Shown here piece after piece: positions 39,801-45,800 of a stretch of 64,000 nt of DNA. A program made the translations under genes and the position numbers. The notes under the pieces are model-generated. The model was not told where the DNA came from and ran no database searches. It saw only the letters and a program-made list of their open reading frames with translations. The stretch's first letter is position 1. Every line of letters begins with the position of its first letter. Origin of the DNA: Candidatus Omnitrophota bacterium (lineage in GTDB: Bacteria; Omnitrophota; Gorgyraeia; Gygaellales; Profunditerraquicolaceae); NCBI GenBank assembly GCA_022710715.1, contig JAKLGJ010000001.1, positions 42,041 to 106,040 on the forward strand, read 5' to 3'.

Positions 39801-42800
39801 AGCATCGCCAATGTCAAGCTCGAGTACTCCACGGATAACGGTACCACCTATCCCAATACCATCGTCGCTTCTACCGACGCTTCCACCGGCGCCTATCTGT
39901 GGACCGTGCCGGATTCCATCGGCGCCAACCGCAAGGTCAAAGTGTCCGATGTTCTGGATGCCAGCGTGTTCGACGTTTCCGACGCCGGGTTTACCGTCAA
40001 AGGTTCGGTGACCGTCACCGCGCCTAACGGAGGAGAAGCCTGGGGAGTGGGCACGCAGCATGCCGTTACCTGGACCAGGACCGGCAGCTTCCTTAACGTA
40101 AAGATCGAGTATTCCACGGACGGCGGCGTGACCTATCCTTCCACCATCGCAGCTTCTACCGATGCCGCAGCCGGGACCTATAACTGGACTATCCCGGACG
40201 ATATCTCTTCCGGTTGCAAGGTCCGGGTAAGCAATGTCCTGGATAGCACCGTGGCCGATGTTTCAGATACCAACTTCAAGATCGTGGGGATCCTGAACTT
40301 GACCTCTCCTGTAGGCGGGGAGCGCTGGATCGTGGCTACCAACCATAACATCACCTGGACCCGCAGCGGCACCATCGCCAATGTCAAGCTGGAGTATTCC
40401 ATCAACGGCGGCGGCACGTATCCCAACACTATCGTGGCTTCTACACCCGGCGGATCGTTGAGCTTTACCTGGCCCGTGCCGGACAATATCACCAAGACCG
40501 CCCGGGTGAGGATATCCGACGTACTGGATTCCACGGTATTGGATACCTCGGACGCCAATTTCGTCATCTCTGCAGGTTTCACTCTTTCCAGCCCTAACGG
40601 CGGAGAAGTTCTGCCTGTGGCCGGTACGCACAATATCGCCTGGGCTCCGGTGGGTTCCGCTACTACCGTGCGGCTCGACTATTCTACGGACGGCGGTTCG
40701 AGTTACGATAAGAATATTTCCACTTCTACCGCCAACTCCGGGTCGTTCTCCTGGACCGTGCCGGATACCGTGTCCGCGCAGTGCAAGGTCATGGTCAGCG
40801 ACTACAACGATATAGACGCTTTCGACGTTTCGGACGCCAATTTCAAGATCCGCGGCGACTTAGTGGTCACCGCGCCTAACGGCGGCGAAGCCTGGGCTGT
40901 AGGTACGGCTTATAACATCACCTGGACCAAAGCCGGTTCCATCGCCAACATCAAGATCGAGTACTCCACCGACGGCGGCACCACGTATCCGAATCTGATC
41001 GTCGCCAGCACCAACGCCAGTGCGCTTACGTACAGCTGGACGGTCCCGGATACATTGTCTACCAACTGTCGTGTCAGGATCACCGATACCGGAGACGCCG
41101 CGGTATTCGATTCTTCGAATGCCAGCTTCAAGATCAGAGGCGCCTTTACCCTTACCGCTCCCAACGGAGGGGAGATCTGGGAGGTGGGTACGGTCCAGAA
41201 CGTTACCTGGACCATGGTCGGCTCGATCGTCAACGCCAAACTGGAATATTCCACGGACGGCGGCTCGAGCTACGTTACCACCATCGTCGCCACTACCGAC
41301 GCTTCGGCGATGAGCTATCCCTGGTTGATCCCCAACGAGATCACCACGCAGTTGCGCGTGCGCATTTCCGATGTTTCCGACGCCTCGGTGTATGACGCTT
41401 CCAACGCCAATTTCAAGATCAAGGGCGTGCTGCGCATTACCGCGCCTAACGGCGGCGAAGACTGGGATGTGGGGGTGAGCAACAATATTACCTGGGTGAC
41501 CACCGGTTCAGTGACCTCGGTGCGCCTGGATTATTCCACGGACAGCGGGACTACTTTCCCGGGCGTGATCGTGGCATCCACGCCTGCGGCAGCCGGCACC
41601 TATGCCTGGACCGTGCCCGACGCGATCTCCGTTGATGTTCGGGTCAAGATCACCAATCTTTCCGACGCTACGGTCAACGACGTCTCCGACGCGGATTTCA
41701 AGATCAAAGGCCGCCTGACCGTGACCGCTCCTAACGGCGGAGAGGTCTGGGGAGTCGGTTCCACGGAAACGGTCGGCTGGTCGCGCATCGGCTCGTTCTC
41801 CAATGTGAAGATCGACTACTCCGTGGATTCCGGCGGTTCCTTCCCCAATCCGATCGTCGCTTCCACGCCTGCGGCAGCCGGCGGATACTCCTGGACTATT
41901 CCGGACAACATCAAGACCACGGTAAGGGTCCGGGTCAGCGACGCGGCGGATTCCACGGTTTTCGATATTTCCAACGCCGATTTCAAGATCAGAGGCAACC
42001 TGCTTTTGACCGCTCCCAACGGAACGGAAGTGTGGCTGATCAGTTCCAGCCAGGCGATCACCTGGGTGCGCTACGGCTCGATCTCCAAAGTCAGACTGGA
42101 TTATTCCAAAGACGGCGGATCGAACTATTCCTTTAATATCTGCACCTCGCAGGATGCCGGACCGCAGACCTATAACTGGTCTATTCCGGATAATCCCGGT
42201 ACGGCGGTAAGGGTCAAGATCACCGATGAAGGGGATAACACCGTTTACGATTCCTCCAACGCGAATTTCACCATCCGCGGCGGTTTCCAGATCCTGGCGC
42301 CGAACGGCGGGGAAGCCTGGACGGTCAATTCCAGCCATGGTATTGCCTGGACCACATTCGGTTCCTACGCCAACGTCAAGATCTGGTATTCCAAGGATAA
42401 CGGTTCGACCTGGGATATCGTCAACGGCAACACGCTTAACTCCAGTCCGTATGTCTGGACCATTCCCGACGCCATATCCACCCAGTGCCTGGTCAAGATC
42501 GCCGACGTCATCGACGTGGACGCGGTGGATACTTCCGACGCGGCGTTCATCATCCGCGGTCAGGTGAATATAACCTCTCCCAACGGAGGCGAGGCCTGGG
42601 GCGTGGGGTCTTCGCAGACGATCACCTGGAACAAGACCGGCACTATTCCCAGTTTCAAGCTGGAATATTCCACCAACGCTTTTGCCGATGAGTCGCAGAC
42701 CCATCTGATCAACGGCGGCATCCCCGGAGCCAGCGTTTCCTATTCCTGGACCGTTCCGGATGTCATCGGCACTAACTTGAAGATCAGGGTCAGCGACGCC

Positions 42801-45800
42801 ACGGACACGGCGGTTACCGATGTGTCCGACAACCCGTTCCGGGTGCGCGGCGCTTTGACCGTGACCGCTCCCAACGGCGGCGAAGCCTGGATCGTCGGTT
42901 CCAGTCACAGTATTACCTGGAACACCGGCGGTACCATCGCCAATGTCAAGGTCGAGTATTCTACCGACGCGGGGAGTTCCTGGACCATCATTGCCGCTTC
43001 CGCGCCGAATATCAACAGCTATGCCTGGACCGTTCCCGACGCCATTTCCAGCCAGTGCCGGGTCAGGGTATCGGATTTTACCGATTCCGACGCCAGTGAT
43101 ACTTCGAATGCCAACTTCAAGATCCGCGGCGATCTGGTCATTACCGCTCCCAACGGAGGAGAGAAATGGGCGGTCGGCACCACCAAGACCATCACCTGGA
43201 CCAGGACCGGCTCCATCTCCAACATGCGTCTGGAATATTCCGATAACGGCGGAACCACCTATGCTCCGATCGTGGCTTCCACTACCGGCAGCAACTATTC
43301 CTGGACCGTGCCTGACGCCATCACCATTCAGGCTCTGGTCAGGATCTATGATGTCAGCGACATGACGGTTACCGACGTTTCGGACGCGACGTTCAAGATC
43401 CAGGGTTCTTTCACCGTGACTTCTCCCAACGGCGGCGAAGCCTGGCAGGCGGCTACCGAGAACACGATCACCTGGACCTCCAACGGTTCGGTTAACTTCG
43501 TGCGCGTGGATTACTCCAAGGACAGCGGCGTTACCTGGAACGAGATCGTGGCGTCCACCGCTAACGACGGAGAGCAGACCTGGTTCATCCCGGTGGAGGC
43601 GGTTTCCGTGAATAACCGCATCCGCGTGGCCGACGCCGGAGACGTGGAAGCGTTCGATATGTCCAATAACGATTTCCGCGTGCGTTGTTCCTTCACCCTG
43701 ACCGCGCCTAACGGCGGCGAGAAGTGGAGGGTAGGACGAGCGTATAATATTGCCTGGACCAAGGTGGGTAACCCGGCGAACGTGAAGCTGGAATTCTCCC
43801 GCGATAACTTCGTCACCGATTTCAACACCATCGCGGCTGTGGCTTCCCCGGTCAGCCCGTATTCCTGGACTATCCCAGACTATATCCATCCCGGAGTGAA
43901 AGTGAGGATCTCCGACGCTGCCGATTACGGCGCCCGCGATGATTCGGATGCCGTGTTCGCTATTGTCGGCGACGTTACCGTGACCGCGCCCGTGGGCGGG
44001 GAACAGTGGATCGTCGATTCCCAGCAGACGATCACCTGGACCAGCGCCGGCTCGATCACCGACGTGAAGATCGAGTATTCCACTACCGGCGGCGCTTCCT
44101 ACAATCTGATCGAAGGCGTGCCGAACAGCCACTCGTATTTGTGGACCATCCCGGACACGATCAGCGCTTCCTGCAGGATACGCGTTTCCGATCTGACCTA
44201 TCCCGACGGCAACGGTGTATCCACCGCCAATTTCAAGATCAAAGCCGGGTTCACGTTGAGCGCGCCTAACGGCGGCGAGATCTGGACGGTCGGCGATGCG
44301 CATAACATCACCTGGACCAATATCGGTACGGTCAACAACGCGCGCCTGGATTATTCCACTGACGGCGGCACGACCTATCCCAGCGTGATCGCGGCATCCA
44401 CTGCCAACACCGGCACCTATGCCTGGACCGTTCCCGACGCTATTTCGACGCAGGTCAGGGTCAGGGTCGGCAGCGCTACGGACGTCGACGCGTATGACGT
44501 CTCCAACGCCAACTTCAAGATCCGCGGCGCTTTCCAGGTCACCGCTCCCAACGGCGGGGAACTCTGGCGGATCGCGCTGGATTATCCCATCCAGTGGAAT
44601 ACCATCGGCACCATAGCTAACGTGCGCATTCTCTATTCCACCGACGGCGGGACGACCTATCCGAATACCATCGTCAACTCGGTCGCCAACATCAACTCCT
44701 ACACCTGGCATTTACCTGACACCAGGACGCCTACAGCCAAAGTGCAGGTGGTCAATCCCGCGGATACCACGGTGCTCGATGAATCCGACGCCACGTTCCG
44801 TATTCAGGGATCATTGACCATGACCGCGCCCAACGGCGGAGAAGAGTGGATTTCCGGCGACGTGCACAATATCACCTGGAACTGGGGCGGCACGCTGCCT
44901 ACGGTGAAGCTGACCTATTCCATCAACAGCGGCGTCACCTATCCTTACACCATCAACGCGGCGGCGGCTAACGGCGCCGGCGGAGAAGGCGCGCATTCCT
45001 ACGCCTGGACCGTTCCGGATACCGTTGCCTCTACCTGCAGAGTGAAGATCGAGGATCCCGACGACTCGACCGTTGCCAGCGCTTCGGCGGCCGATTTCAA
45101 GATCCGCGGCGGCATCAGCATCACGTCGCCGGCAGGCGGGGAACGCTGGGTGACCAATGAAGTGCATAACATCACCTGGACGGATCGCGGCGAGATCCCC
45201 ACGGTCAAGATCCAGTATTCCAAGGATAACTTCGTTGCCGACGTGCATACCATAGCGGCTGCGGCGGAGAATACCAACAGCTACGCCTGGACCATTCCCG
45301 ATGACCGTTCCACCACGGTCAAGGTGCGCGTCACGGATACCCGCGACGATACTATCTCCGGCACTTCCGCCGGCAACGTGCATATCGACTACTACACCAT
45401 CACCTGGGTGCTCAAGGATCTGTTGACCAACGTCGGCCTGACCAACCTGGGCGTTACCGAAAAAGCCACCGGCACCGAGAACGTGCGCTGGTCGCAGACC
45501 GGATTGACTTCTCCGATCGTGACCCAGGCCCCGTACGGGTTCTGGACCACTACCTGGAGCGCTACCGGTTACGGCGACAAGGGCCAGAATTATACTGCGG
45601 ACAGCGATCAGAGCTTCGAGCTCTACATGGAAACGACCGCAGTGCATATCTGGCGCGCGGAAGCCCGTTTCAGCTGGAACGCGGATACCCGGGAACTCAA
45701 CGCTACTTCCTGGCTGGAAAGAGACGGTTCCATCGTTACCGGCGTCAAGAGCGTGCTTATCACCATCTACGATGAAGACGGCACGGTCATCACCACGATG

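Noticed and set aside
27040-45390. Tandem-repeat region considered as a possible CRISPR array or satellite.
   Set aside because: The repeat unit is about 264 nt and in-frame, the copies are diverged and read as protein domains, and there are no short direct repeats with unique spacers. No CRISPR is present in the window.
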